A stretch of DNA of 64,000 nucleotides from assembly GCA_951406725.2 (NCBI GenBank), contig OX597815.1, positions 146,382,001 to 146,446,000 on the forward strand, read 5' to 3'. Numbering within the stretch: position 1 is the first letter of the stretch; each line of letters opens with the position of its first letter. A program made the position numbers and the translations under genes. The notes beneath the pieces are model-generated. The model saw only the letters and a list, made by a program, of their open reading frames with translations, was not told where the DNA came from and did not search any database. The DNA is from Octopus vulgaris (lineage: Eukaryota). Below are positions 13,986 to 26,768 of this stretch, piece by piece.

Positions 13986-14877
13986 CCGTACGTATATATA
14001 TATGCTGTGTTCTGCATTGACTCATATTCTCGGTTAAATAATATATTTCCGGGTAATATATTGATTAGTTGCACGCTAGACCACATGGCTATGTATGTTT
14101 ACGTGCTACATGGTACAGCCAGTCCAAATCTTCTTTAACAATATGTTTATCTGGTAAATGAATATTTCCAATATATGTGAACTAACCGCTTGGTGGTGGT
14201 CATTGGTATAGTATAACGCCTGGATAATTACATTACTTTACTCCTTCTTTATATGTTCTGAGTTTACAAAACGTAAAGCAATGCCTTTAAGATTGGTCCT
14301 CTGTCTTCAATGTAGACCGTTTAGCAAGATGGCCTAAAAGACTAGGGTCATTGTAGGTAGTTACGTTAATTTAATGTTTATATGTTCCACATTTGTAAAG
14401 TTTTCAGATAGGTAGTTTAGTCTATTAAATGCTATGATCGTATCATCAGAATAGAGTAGTATCACTAAGTGAAGATTTCAGCTTGAACATATAGTATAAG
14501 ATAAAAATCTGTCTTTAATATTCAATGTCTTTTTCTCCTTACTTTGTGCAATTCTGTGTGATATAAATCATACAGAACTAAACAGAGACAGAAACACAAG
14601 TCTACATAAACATACACACCCTCAGACATATACGTAGACACATTCTCGTGTGTCCATTCTAAATTTTAATTCAATTCCATTGGCTTCTTTATAAAATAAT
14701 ATCTTAATTAGTGCTGACAAAACTCTATATTAGTTCCTCATTACGTTATGTTGTATACACACTCATATAATCTTCGTTTTTGTGAAGGAATTTACGCACA
14801 AAAACAGTTTCACTTTAACTCGAAGGATTTCTTATTGTTCGTCTTCTTTTTTTTCCGGTAGGTACACATTTGTTATA

Positions 14878-14985
14878 CAGTAATCCCTCGTCATATAGCG
14901 GTTCACGTACTACGGTTTTTTATTTAAGCTTACGTCGATTCTTCCGAGGTGTTTGTTTTGCATTTCTAATAAAATAAATATATAC

Positions 14986-15054
<69 letters not shown>

Positions 15055-15165
15055 TTATAATGATAATAATAATAAAATACAGTACAGTACTGTTTCTACT
15101 TCGAGGATTTTTCCTATCGCGGGTGGTTTTGGAACGTAACACCCGCGATAGTCGACGGATTATTG
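14878..15165. mobile_element. pogo/Tigger-like MITE with internal (TAA)n expansion
   Basis: TA|CAGTAATCCCTCG ... CGACGGATTATTG|TA imperfect TIRs with TA duplication. Related copies at 21533 and 43122. Confidence 0.8.
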
Positions 15166-16136
15166 TAGTTTCACAAGTGAAAAAGTGACTTCGAAGTTTA
15201 AACTGAGGTGCTTTTATCGCATTTCGAATCTGAAACTTTGAGATCACTGTCAACCGTTTCCTCATAAAAGTTTTATATATACTCTCTCTCTCTCTCTCTC
15301 TCAAACACACACACACACATAACGGCACAAACTGTTCTTATGTGCGCACGGCTACACTTGCCTTCGATATCCATTGACATAAGTACATACATGCTGACAT
15401 ACAAGCTTATATGCACGCCTAAAAACAAACATACATAAACACTTATATGTGTGTGTATATATGTGTGTATTTATAGATAGTATAGTATAGTAATAATTCT
15501 CAAATTAAGAGTATGTTGTCATGGTGGGTTATATAACATGTTGATGATTTATAGGTTTTTAGCGTAGGGTCATTCTGCAACCCATTTTGATATTCTCTCG
15601 ATACAGATATATCATTTGCTTCTCCATTGCAACTAGAATATATGTCTGCATAATCTGACAAAATCCACTGGTGAATTAGTTAAAAGGCTCAGAACTGTGA
15701 TTTATAATTTGTCGGAAAAACCATTAAATCAATAGTTTGTGGCCCTATTTTCAAGTATTTCAACGTATTATGATAGCGACGAATATTAAGAAGAAACTGA
15801 AGAACCAGAGATAGATTTTTCACCAAAATTGTAACGGAAAGCTTATCTTTTCGTGTGTATGTGTGTTTGGTTTTCGTAAATGTTGTACTGTGTGGGCGCA
15901 GGTGAAATCGGTAGAAATACGTTAAGGAACAGATAAATATAAATAAATGAAAATGATAATATTTTCAATAAAGAGAACAGTTTAGATATGTATCTGATAT
16001 GAAGTTGCTGAAGTTAATGACACTATTTCAATCTGTTATATTTTCGTATGAATGTTAACATCGCATTTAAATACCTGTCAGTGCTTACTCCAAAAGTGGT
16101 GGTTGCAGCTATGCGCTGTTACCACGTATGACACCA

Positions 16137-16197
<61 letters not shown>

Positions 16198-16225
16198 GCT
16201 CCTGCTGCTGCTCCTGCTGCTTCTG

Positions 16226-16276
<51 letters not shown>

Positions 16277-16290
16277 ACTACTACTACTAA
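16137..16290. repeat. (CTA)n/(CTG)n trinucleotide microsatellite
   Basis: Read directly; source of the poly-L/poly-S ORFs. Confidence 0.97.
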
Positions 16291-17906
16291 TACTACCGTC
16301 GCTGCTGCTACTGCTGCCACTACCGCTGCCACCACGCTTCCCCATAATCGAAGATATTCCAGTAATGACACTTATGCAAGCGCCGCTTTCGGTTATCGTA
16401 ACCTACTTGTCCTTATGTTTGCTATGACGGCAAGACGTACTATAAAAGTGTCTTCTTTGAAACGTGGTGTCTCCTTAGTCACAGGTCGATTCAAATCAGT
16501 GCCTAAGTTCAATGTTATTCCTGTAGTCCTTGTCAAGCATAATGTGTATAACACTATATTCTGTAATATACCCTGATATTTTAACATGGGTTAAAATATT
16601 TACGTTTATTAGTTCCTATGGGCTCTTCGCTATATTTCTCCTGTGATATTGCTTATATTTTATGCTATACTAGAATATTGTAAATGTGAAGAGTAATAAC
16701 AAAAGAAACACTAGCTGCTTTATAATATCATTTAAATTAAATATAAATTGTTAGTTCCCAAAATGGGACTTTGTTTGTTAATTGCGTAAAGAGAAATAAA
16801 TTCGACATAGATGAGCTGGTAACAAAGGAAGTTATTAGTTTCGTTATGTCAAACATTTAGCTTCAAGACAACGCTGCTCGGGTCAGGAAAACTATGGTGA
16901 AAGATGCTCTCACCTTAATTGTTCTTCCGTATATTCAAGCAAAGTTCATCTAGTATGACATCTGGTTTTTTTTTGGTTTTTTTAATGATGATAGTGATTA
17001 GATATAAATAACATTTACTTGTTGTTGCTGGAGGGACACGAAGCAGTTAAAAGGCATGTTACTTAAGTCAGTATTCCTTTAAATCAAACATGAATGTAGA
17101 AGTTCACTCACAGCGAACATCAACATGAATTGATACGAGATATTAGATACAATGCGTAGATACTTAACACAGTAAGGAAATGGATATGCTTCTGTTATGT
17201 ATCTATTTGTATGCAGTTTGATTCAGACATGTTTATATAATCTATGGTAAACACAAAATTGTAAGTAATTAGTTACTTTTGTTTACAGAATAATATCTCA
17301 AATCAATATGCACAGGGCTTGTTATGTGCACACACACAACACACACATACACACGCACACACACACGCACACACACACACGTATATATACATGCATAAAT
17401 ATATATGTATGTACGTATATACGTATGTATGCATGCGAATGAGTGTATGTACATACATGCTGGTGTAGTCGAAGTATGGATTAACACATCATTACTAATA
17501 GTGTTATGAATGAGTTAAAAACTAAGTTAAGAGAGTAGTGAAACTATTAATATTAACGAGAGCTAAATCTATATATTGACAACGCAAATACACATATTTT
17601 ATTGTGTTCTCCCACTATACATATATATATATAAACTATATATATATGTGTGTGTGTGTGATGTATATACACACATTTCTGCACACGCTTACAGACAGAG
17701 GCACTCATATATTTTTCTGTGCAACTCTGTGTCTGATTTAAGACAGTAGAGAGTGATGTAAATTCGATTTTCTTGCAAATGTTAGTGTTTCTAGAGTCCA
17801 CGAGGAGACTGCCATTTTGATTTAATGGTCCGGTAGGATATGAAGCCAGTTGAAGCTAAAGAGCCTAACTAAAAACTGCTGAAAGTTTGTATGATTTGTG
17901 GAAATT

Positions 17907-18400
17907 GCTGCGGTAAAAGGCTTGCTTCTCAATCACATGGTCCTGGGTTCAGTCCCACTTCGTGGCACATGGGGCAAGTGTCTTCTAATATAATCTCGGC
18001 CCGGCCAAAACCTTGTGAGTGGATGTGAAAACTGAAAGATATCTGTCATATACATACATACATATATACATACATATGCATGTATATCAAGTAAGACATG
18101 TTTGTACTTAGATATTCATGTGTATCTAGTAAGACACATATATGTTTGCATGGCTATATGTGTGTGAGTGTGTGTGTGTATTAGTATGTCATTTCGTTTC
18201 TGTTTCTCCTACACCACACGACAACCTGATCTAGTTGCTTTAGGCCCCTATACACGAGCAGTTCCCTAAAAGTAACAGGTAATATATATATACCAGGCTT
18301 TAAAAAATGGTTAGTACTGGGGATCGACTTTTTCAAGCACACCCTTCAAGACCGTGCTCCAGCGTAGCCCCCGTCTAATTACTGAAATATAAAGGATAGA
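17907..18400 (+). mobile_element. SINE type A with expanded internal microsatellite
   Basis: cacatggtcctgggttcagtcccacttcgtggcac...ggcaagtgtcttcta...ccttgtgagtggat, and 3' cgtgctccagcgtagcc. Confidence 0.85.
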
Positions 18401-18585
18401 TATAATACGTCATTTGAACTAAGAAAATTTTCCGTACTAAAATTTTTCCAACACTTAATTTGCATTGCAAAATGGTAAAACTTGAAACCAGTCAAACTGA
18501 TCGTTAAGATATATATATATATATATATAGTAATTCATGTTCTTTTTGTATTTCATGTTGTTTAGTGACGCCCTGTGCCCATATA

Positions 18586-18646
<61 letters not shown>

Positions 18647-19005
18647 TGTATACTTAGATATATTTTTATCCAAGATACACTGCTTTAGTATATTGTATTT
18701 TGAGGAGATATTTCAGCAATGAATATATTATATAAGATATCGTAAAATATCAAATATCATTATTAAGTGTGAAAACAGAAAGATATCTAATGAAAAGAAA
18801 TTCATTTATTAATTTACATGTTCACCTAGAATTGTCTCATTTCACAAAAAAAATTAAAACACACAATATATATATAAATTTATAATTACGCAATTTAAAA
18901 TAACTTGGATGGAAACCATCAGGGTGTACAAAAGACAATACACGGTATGATCCTTTGGAGGAAGCAGAATATAAAGTCATGTTTCTTATATATATATATA
19001 TATAT

Positions 19006-19398
19006 ATAGGAAAAAAGCAACAAGAATGGATTAAAATCTCGGTACGATCGTTTCGTACGAGGACATCTTTAATAAGCTACAAAAAATGTAAGATTAGCTG
19101 CAGCTAATCTTACAACCTCTTTTGTATCTACCCCTTTTGATGTTTGGGAAATCTCTGATGTTTTTTCGGCTGACGAGTACGAGCCATCTGTATTCACTGC
19201 ATTTTTTGTAGCTTATTAAAGATGTCCTCGTACGAAACGATCGTACCGAGATTTTAATCCATTCTTGTTGCTTTTTTCCTATTTGTAATCACCCCACTTG
19301 TCGTATGGTTAACACCATATAGATTTCCGGTGCATCCTAGTTAAGGACCATATTTATGTGAATTCTTTAGAATTCACTAGAATCTCAATTACTTAACC

Positions 19399-19400
<2 letters not shown>
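19006..19400 (+). mobile_element. Penelope-like non-autonomous insertion with perfect 83-bp inverted repeat and 3' extension, within (TA)n
   Basis: 19006-19088 is the exact reverse complement of 19200-19282. 28-bp perfect palindrome at 19087-19114. Contains an intact hammerhead; (TA)n on both flanks. Confidence 0.8.
19164..19251 (+). ncRNA. Type I hammerhead ribozyme, intact core
   Basis: Stem I TTTCGG/CCGAGA; CTGACGA (19170-19176); stem II GTACGAG/CTCGTAC extended by CATCT/AGATG; GAAA (19234); palindromic stem III ACGATCGT; GUA triplet, predicted cut after 19245. Confidence 0.88.
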
Positions 19401-19460
<60 letters not shown>

Positions 19461-19478
19461 AGAGAGAGAGAGAGAGAG

Positions 19479-19653
19479 AGAATTCACGAAAAAACCAAAG
19501 ACGAGGACAGGTGGTGAAGAAAACAAACACATGTATTAGTATAACGCTCGAGAATTGAAAAAGTCTTTAACGTTTCGAGCCTACGGTCTTCCACAGAAAG
19601 AAACATAGAAAGAAACTAGGAGAGAAAAATGTGCGTAGTGGCTACCGATCTGT
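19479..19653 (-). mobile_element. Family P1 hammerhead-bearing relic (degenerate core at 19565-19600)
   Basis: Minus strand: cttt-CTGTGGA-AGACC-gtag-GCTC-GAAACGTT-aaag; homologous to 20521-20710. Confidence 0.75.
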
Positions 19654-19703
19654 CACTAGAGAGCGAAAACGGATTAATTGAACAACCTCTCATGTGTGCT
19701 GTG

Positions 19704-19735
<32 letters not shown>

Positions 19736-19811
19736 GCATCAACTCGCGTGTTACTTTCCAGCATTCTAATTACAGACACACACACACGCGCGCGTGTGTG
19801 TCTGTGTGCAC

Positions 19812-20146
19812 GTGAAGGCACATGTCTCAGTGGTTAGGGCGTCGAACATACGAACGTCAGGTTGTTAGTTGGATTCCCGGACCAGGCTGTGTGTTGTGTT
19901 CTTGAACAAGACACTTTATTTCACATTGCTCCAGTTCACTCAGCTGTAGAAATGAGTTGCGACATCACTGGTGCCAAGCTGTATCGGCCCCTTTGACTTT
20001 AACTTGAACAACATCATTGGCATGATGAGAGGAGGCTGGTATGCATGGGTGACTACTGGTCTTCTATATACAAATTTGCCCGGACTTGTGACTCGGAGGG
20101 TGACTATCTAGGTGCAATCCCATGGTCATTCATGACCGAAGGGGGT
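19812..20146 (+). mobile_element. SINE type C, full length
   Basis: tRNA-like head (tctcagtggttaggg A-box, gttggattccc B-box), central ttgtgttcttgaacaagacacttt segment, tail shared with 262-517. Confidence 0.85.
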
Positions 20147-20172
20147 AACTCCTATATATATAGATATATATA

Positions 20173-20467
20173 GGCGGCGAGCTGGCAGAAATATATATAT
20201 ATACAAGGCGGCGAGCTGGCAGAAATATATATATATATACAAGGCGGCGAGCTGGCAGAGACGTTAACACGCCGGGCGAAATGCGTAGCCGTATTTCGTC
20301 TGCCGTTACGTTCCGAGTTCAAATTCCGCCTAGGTCGACTTTGCCTTTCATCCTTTCGGGTCGATAAATTAAGTACCATTTACGCACTGGGGTCGATGTA
20401 ATCGACTTAATCCCTTTGTCTATCCTTGTTTGTCCCCTCTATGTTTAGCTCCTTGTGGGCAATAAAG

Positions 20468-20471
<4 letters not shown>
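20173..20471 (+). mobile_element. SINE type B, full length (20243-20471), preceded by two orphan 5' heads
   Basis: ggcggcgagctggcaga at 20173, 20207 and 20243; B-box gagttcaaattcc; tail gggcaataaagaaat running into (TA)n. Confidence 0.9.
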
Positions 20472-20520
<49 letters not shown>

Positions 20521-20523
<3 letters not shown>

Positions 20524-20710
20524 GGAATTTACAAACGAAAACACAAAAAAACAAAACAAAAGACGAAGACGGGTGTGTAACCAACAAACAGATGTATTAG
20601 TTTAACGCTCGGGTAGCGAGAAAGTCTTTTACGTTTCGAGCGTATGCTCTTCATCAGAAAGGAACACAGAAATAAGCAGAGATAGAAAATTAAAAAAAGG
20701 TTTAGTGGCT
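20521..20710 (-). mobile_element. Family P1 hammerhead-bearing short element in (TA)n
   Basis: Third homologous copy of P1, bounded by (TA)n on both sides. Confidence 0.8.
20626..20661 (-). ncRNA. Minimal type I hammerhead ribozyme, intact core
   Basis: Minus strand: CTTT-CTGATGA-A-GAGC-atac-GCTC-GAAACGTA-AAAG. Stem I CTTT/AAAG, palindromic stem III ACGT, GUA triplet, predicted cut between 20630 and 20629. Confidence 0.85.
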
Positions 20711-21532
20711 ATATATATATATATGTATGTATGTACGTATGTATGTATGTATGTATGTATGTATGTATGTATGTATGTATGTATGTATGTATGTATGTAT
20801 GCATGTATGTATGTATGTATGTATGTATGTATGTATGTATGTATTTATCTATGAATATATGTATATGCGTATATGTATATTTCTATTGCTGATTGGGAGA
20901 GTTCAATTTCCACTCATTTATTATCATAATTTTTTTTGTTTTTGTGTCTTCCAAAATGTTCGTAGCTTTCGTAGCTTTTTGTCTGTTGCGTGTGTTTGTG
21001 CGCACCATCGTACGCGAGTGCTTCCGTATGTACATGTGCGTATGTATGTATGTATGTATGTATGTATGTATGTATGTATGTATGTATTATGTAATGTGCA
21101 TATTCATGTGTTAACGTGTGTGTGGGCATGCCTGAGTATTCGTGTGTGCTAGTGTGTTTCTAAATATGAATGTGTGTATTGACGTGTGTGTGCCTCTGCT
21201 TCCTTGCTTGTGCGTGTTTGTGTGTGTGTCTATGTGTATGAGTTTGTGTGATTATGTACATGCGTCTGTTATGTATCGATGTGTGTCTCCATAAGTGTCT
21301 TTGTGTGTATGCGTGTGTGATGTGTGCATCTATATATAGTCATGTGTTTTCATACTTTTTTGTGTGTGTTATTTGTGTGTGTGATGGGTGTGTGTGTGAG
21401 TGTGTATTTGTCTGTGCGGTTACCTATGTACTTATCTACCAGCCTATTCACCTGTATAGATAGGTAACATGAAACTCTGAGTCACAGTCTTTTTCTGATG
21501 TTTTTGCAGCTTTAATAAAAGAAAAGTATATA

Positions 21533-21711
21533 CAGTAATCGCTTGCCATATCGTGATTCAAATATCGCGGTTTATTATTTGAGCTGAGGTCGATTCCTCC
21601 GTGGTGTTATATTCCATTTATAGTAAAATAAATATATACACATAAAAATGATAAAAGAATATATTGTACTGTTTCTACTTCGCGGAATGTTTTGGAACGT
21701 AACTCTCGCGG
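21533..21711. mobile_element. pogo/Tigger-like MITE, right end lost
   Basis: TA|CAGTAATCGCTTG start; shares actgtttctacttcg and ttttggaacgtaac with 14878-15165. Confidence 0.75.
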
Positions 21712-21736
21712 CACACACACACACACACACACACAC

Positions 21737-21773
<37 letters not shown>

Positions 21774-21788
21774 TATAAATAGACAGAC

Positions 21789-21853
<65 letters not shown>

Positions 21854-23369
21854 TAGATATGGATATATATACATAAACAGATAGATAGATATACTAGCAC
21901 ACAAGTGCTCGGACATACATTTAAGTGTGTGTATGTTTGTCTATACTTACGTATTTGTGTGTGTTGGGTTTGTGTTTACGAATTCAAATCAGTGAAGCAC
22001 AAGCATTCAAGTTTCTCACCCATTCATTCGTTTGGGCATTGTTTCATATTATAATAGAACATGTTTGTCGGAAGATGAATGCAACAATAGCGCATAAAGA
22101 GAAAAGAGGGAAACAAAGGAATGCAGAAAGGAAAATAATGACGAGAGAATGAAACAGTTTTTCTCCTGGATGGATTCCTTTTAGATATCTTTGGATGCTT
22201 TTTAAGTACTTTAAGTAAGATTTACTTATGTATGCCAGCCATTTTATCTACATTTTCGTTCATCCGACACATGAGAATGGAAACAATGTCACGTGACATT
22301 TATGTATGTAACTAAAAGCTTTGGCTGCGTCTTAAATCCGAAGTAATAAAAGATCTTGTAGAATGATCAAAAAGAATATATAACTTTTCATCTTTAATAG
22401 TTGTTTATGGTATACGTTTTGCCTTTACTCTCAAACATATATTTAAATCTCATTCTATGATACAATTTCACATCAAGAACACTTTACATTTGCAATATAA
22501 TGATAAATATCTGTTACCCTGTCCACACATTATATTAACATGCCTTTAACTTTATCACTTATCATTGTCATATTGTCTTTGAAACTGGTGTTATGAAATT
22601 GCATCGACTTTATTCTGTTTACATTTTCAAATATTCTTTCCTACTTTACAATAATTGCAGTACTATACTACCAATTTAGATATAAAGAATATAGTTATAC
22701 ATCCTATGTAGATGTCTGTCAACCTTCTACCAGTTTAATGAGCACTCTGTTTTATTTATATAGAGGTAGTTATGCCGAAATTGTGCTGTAACGAGATAAT
22801 ATATATGGGCACGTTATCCATTACAACCAAAGCAATATAAGCGATGTACACAATAATTTGTGTACATTTATCTTCCTATACACATAACATCATACACACG
22901 CCTTACAATGGACGACATAGTATCTTCGATTATGACAACTATAAATCATTGGGACCTATTTGTCTATCTATGTTATTAGATGTATACAAAGAAGAATGGA
23001 CCAAACGTATATAACATCTCTCCGATGAAATAAATTATTTCAAATTTGTCAAATGTATAAACTCTTTAGAATCTGACATATTTTATGATATCACATCACG
23101 TAAGGGAACTAACAACAATTGTTGATGAATATTTACATTTTTTATTGGAACTTTAAAGATTCTGGTGAGGTATATCATGCATATATTTCGAGCATCTAAC
23201 GTGATTTTAACAAACATTCAATCATATAGTCTTTTGCTGCAAATTCTAGCCAGATTTCTTGTTTCAGTATTTTACTATTGAAAAATATAAAATTTAGAAC
23301 ATAGTCGGGTCTTCAATATATCTGTCATAACAAAAAGGAAACAAATATATACATTTCATTTCTGTATTT

Positions 23370-23429
<60 letters not shown>

Positions 23430-23590
23430 ATATATATATGATTCTTGATGTGTATTCATGTGTTGAAACAAATCTTGAGTCTAGCGAGGGTTATTAATCG
23501 AATAAAATTTAAAATAAATACATGCACTGGTTCAATACTACTTCTTTATTTACCAACCAACGATTCCATTGTTTGTAAAATGTATTGATT

Positions 23591-23759
23591 GTTAGTTTTC
23601 CTGTCACAGTCCTTTCGTCGCTGTTCCCGACTTCATCATTGACATGCCTTCACTACTCAATTGTTTGTTTAATGTGATTATTGAAAAATCAATCGTTTGT
23701 TAGTTTTCTCTCCTAGAGTTCTTTCGTCGCTATTCGCGACCTCAACCATTAGACATACC
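23591..23759. repeat. Diverged two-unit tandem duplication, period about 108 bp
   Basis: gttagttttc...ctttcgtcgct.ttc.cgac.tca..catt.gacat.cc at 23591 and 23699. Confidence 0.8.
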
Positions 23760-24168
23760 AATATTAAATAGAAAATGTATACAATAGAAATAACAGAACC
23801 ACAACACCACTTCCATTACTCATGTAATACATGCACGCGATCACACAAACACATACGCGGAAACACTCACACATATACACACACACACATACACTAGAGC
23901 GCGCACTAGAGCGCGCATACATGCACACACACACCTCAGAGCACGCACACATAAGAAAATAGGCACATATCTATTGATACATGCATGTCGCACACATGTA
24001 ATAAAATAATAATGATAATAATTATAATACTGCGAGTATCTTGTAAGTAGAAAATTATTCCGTATGAAAATAAGGAAAACATGTATATGTGTTACTCATT
24101 TCCATATACATGAATTTCTCTCGATCTCAGAGCGAGTGAGATTTACTGTGTATACACAAGCACACACA

Positions 24169-24695
24169 CATAATGTAAATAAACAACAAGGATGTCCAGG
24201 TATTAATACAGTATGGCCGTTTCCAGCAGCGCCATTTAATCGACCAATGAAAACATTAAATCAATTTTAAAGAAAAAGGCTCTCCTCACACGTAGAAGAC
24301 CGTATAGATTTCCAACATAAAAGACAAACAATTTTTAACAAATTTATGTTCCAGACCTTCTAAATATAAATAACTATCTCACCACTCCCATATCATGACC
24401 CACACCACAATTTTGCTCTGCTACTCTCTAAATTATAGTAGGTTTAATAAGATACTTTTTTTTGGTTTCTAAACTCATTCTGCCACAAATATAACACAAG
24501 GAAACAATGTAATTATTTGGTTTCTGGTATTCATATCAATTTGCTTAAAATGGATTATCCTTTACTTTGGAAATCTATATGGCCATCTACGTCTGAGGAG
24601 AGCTGATTCTTTAAAGTTGATCGATTAAATGGAGCTGCTCGAAACGGCCGTAATGTATTGATTCCTAGATATCCTTGTTACTTATTTACATTCTG
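24169..24695. mobile_element. Penelope-like relic with inverted pseudo-LTRs (arms about 24169-24325 and 24555-24695)
   Basis: Arms are diverged reverse complements, each with a hammerhead: right arm intact, left arm degenerate (GTGAGGA...GAAACGGCCATA on minus). Confidence 0.8.
24588..24657 (+). ncRNA. Type I hammerhead ribozyme, intact core
   Basis: Stem I TACGT/ATGTA; CTGAGGA (24593-24599); stem II GAGC/GCTC with long loop; GAAA (24641); palindromic stem III ACGGCCGT; GUA triplet, predicted cut after 24652. Confidence 0.85.
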
Positions 24696-24813
24696 TTCAC
24701 CTAACGTGGAGCTGTGCAGACTATACCGATCTGGCTTAGTGCCAAATTTTAAGTACCTAATTCAACTGGATCTTGATTTTATATATATATAGTCATAATA
24801 CATACACACGTAC

Positions 24814-24923
<110 letters not shown>

Positions 24924-25669
24924 GTATATACGTGTGTGAGTGTACATGTATGCATATATATTACGACGATAATAACCGTTATAATTTTAAACCAATATGC
25001 TTGTAAGTGGAAAAGTTTGCAGAATACATTTTAACTGTACGTATGTTTCGTAAAAACCTTCGAATCATAATTCGAACTATACGTTGCCATAGTTATGTAA
25101 TTATGTAGAAAACTGCAATTATATTTCACTTTGCAAATTATAAATCAAAATATTACGATAAAATAGAAATCTTTAGATCTGAGAGACATAAAATACGCCA
25201 TGACATAATATATAATCCGCCATAATGACGAGAATAGTTAAGTTTCTTATTTAGCGCTGCACTAATCATTCGGGTAATCAACATTAATTATTCTCCTTGC
25301 CTAACACACACATTATAAATGTGACTAACGATATAATTTGGCAAATGTTGCGTTGTTACTGATGAAAATTACAGCTTTTTATCTCAACAAGGAAGAGAAA
25401 TAATTTAGGTGAAAAGTTAAGACAAAAAGAGTTCAGAAAAATTTACCGCAAAGGAAAAATAAAAGCCAAATTTCTTTAAATTGAATAAAGTAATGGAAGC
25501 AGTCGAGAGAAACAACTCCATTGTTTGATTAAATACGAGTTAATTGGTTATAAACGAAGTCATATATATACATACACACACAACACGCCGTCACACATAT
25601 CTGTGTCTGTCAACGTATTTATATGTGTAATGGTTTAGAATGTGTGTTTGTATACATACATATATATAC

Positions 25670-25720
<51 letters not shown>

Positions 25721-26314
25721 CATTATACACACACAAACACACACATGCCTATGGCATATTTGAGCCCTTGAGAGCGTCATTCGCTGTATTTTGTCATGAA
25801 GAAATTACTCGTTTGATGCAAATCGGTGTGAACACACCAAATCTGTTCGAAGCACCTACTTGCTAGAATGGTGAATGAGTACATTTCGGAGTCGTTGTCA
25901 TCTCTTCAACATCAATCGCTATAGTCATGTAACAAATACGTTATGGCATTAATGCAATAACACTCTTCTAACTCTCCATTTGTACCACTTTTATATAATT
26001 TCAACTGGAGTGCATGGTTTCGTTCTCTTTTCCGCCTTCTGAAAATTTTTGAGCGGGATTGGTTACTCAACCCTGAATAAAAATTGTTTAAGGATGTTGA
26101 ACGAATCACCCATGTTTCCAAAGGTGAATTATCCAAACCTCTAAGAAGTCCATTGAACACACGACTATGATGCTCCCCCACTACTTCTGTTCATGATCAG
26201 GGATGCACCTATCGTCTGCCACTAAGGGACATAATCAACAGGTTAAGGTCAAACAACTGACAAGCAAATTTGTGGTATTGAGCAGAATATTTGCTGTGGC
26301 CCATCTTTTGTACC

Positions 26315-26317
<3 letters not shown>

Positions 26318-26366
<49 letters not shown>

Positions 26367-26735
26367 GTTGTTGTTGTTGTTGTTATTGTTGTTGTTGTTG
26401 TTGTTGTTATTTTTATTATTATCATTATTATTATTATCATCATCATTATCATTATTATTATTATTAATGATGTAAGCAAGCAGAATCGTTAGCACGCTGC
26501 ATAAAATGTCTAGCAGTATTTCTCCTGTCTTTACGCTCACAGTTCAAATTCTGCCGCGGTCGACGAAATAAGGGACAATCGAGTACTGGGGTCGATGTAA
26601 TTGACTTGACCCATACCCCAAAGCTTCAAGCCTATTGCAGGAAGTATTCTTCTTCTTCTTCTTCTTCTTCTTCTTCTTCTTCTTCTTCTTCTTCTTCTTC
26701 TTCTTCTTCTTCTTCTTCTTCTTCTTCTTCTTCTT

Positions 26736-26768
<33 letters not shown>

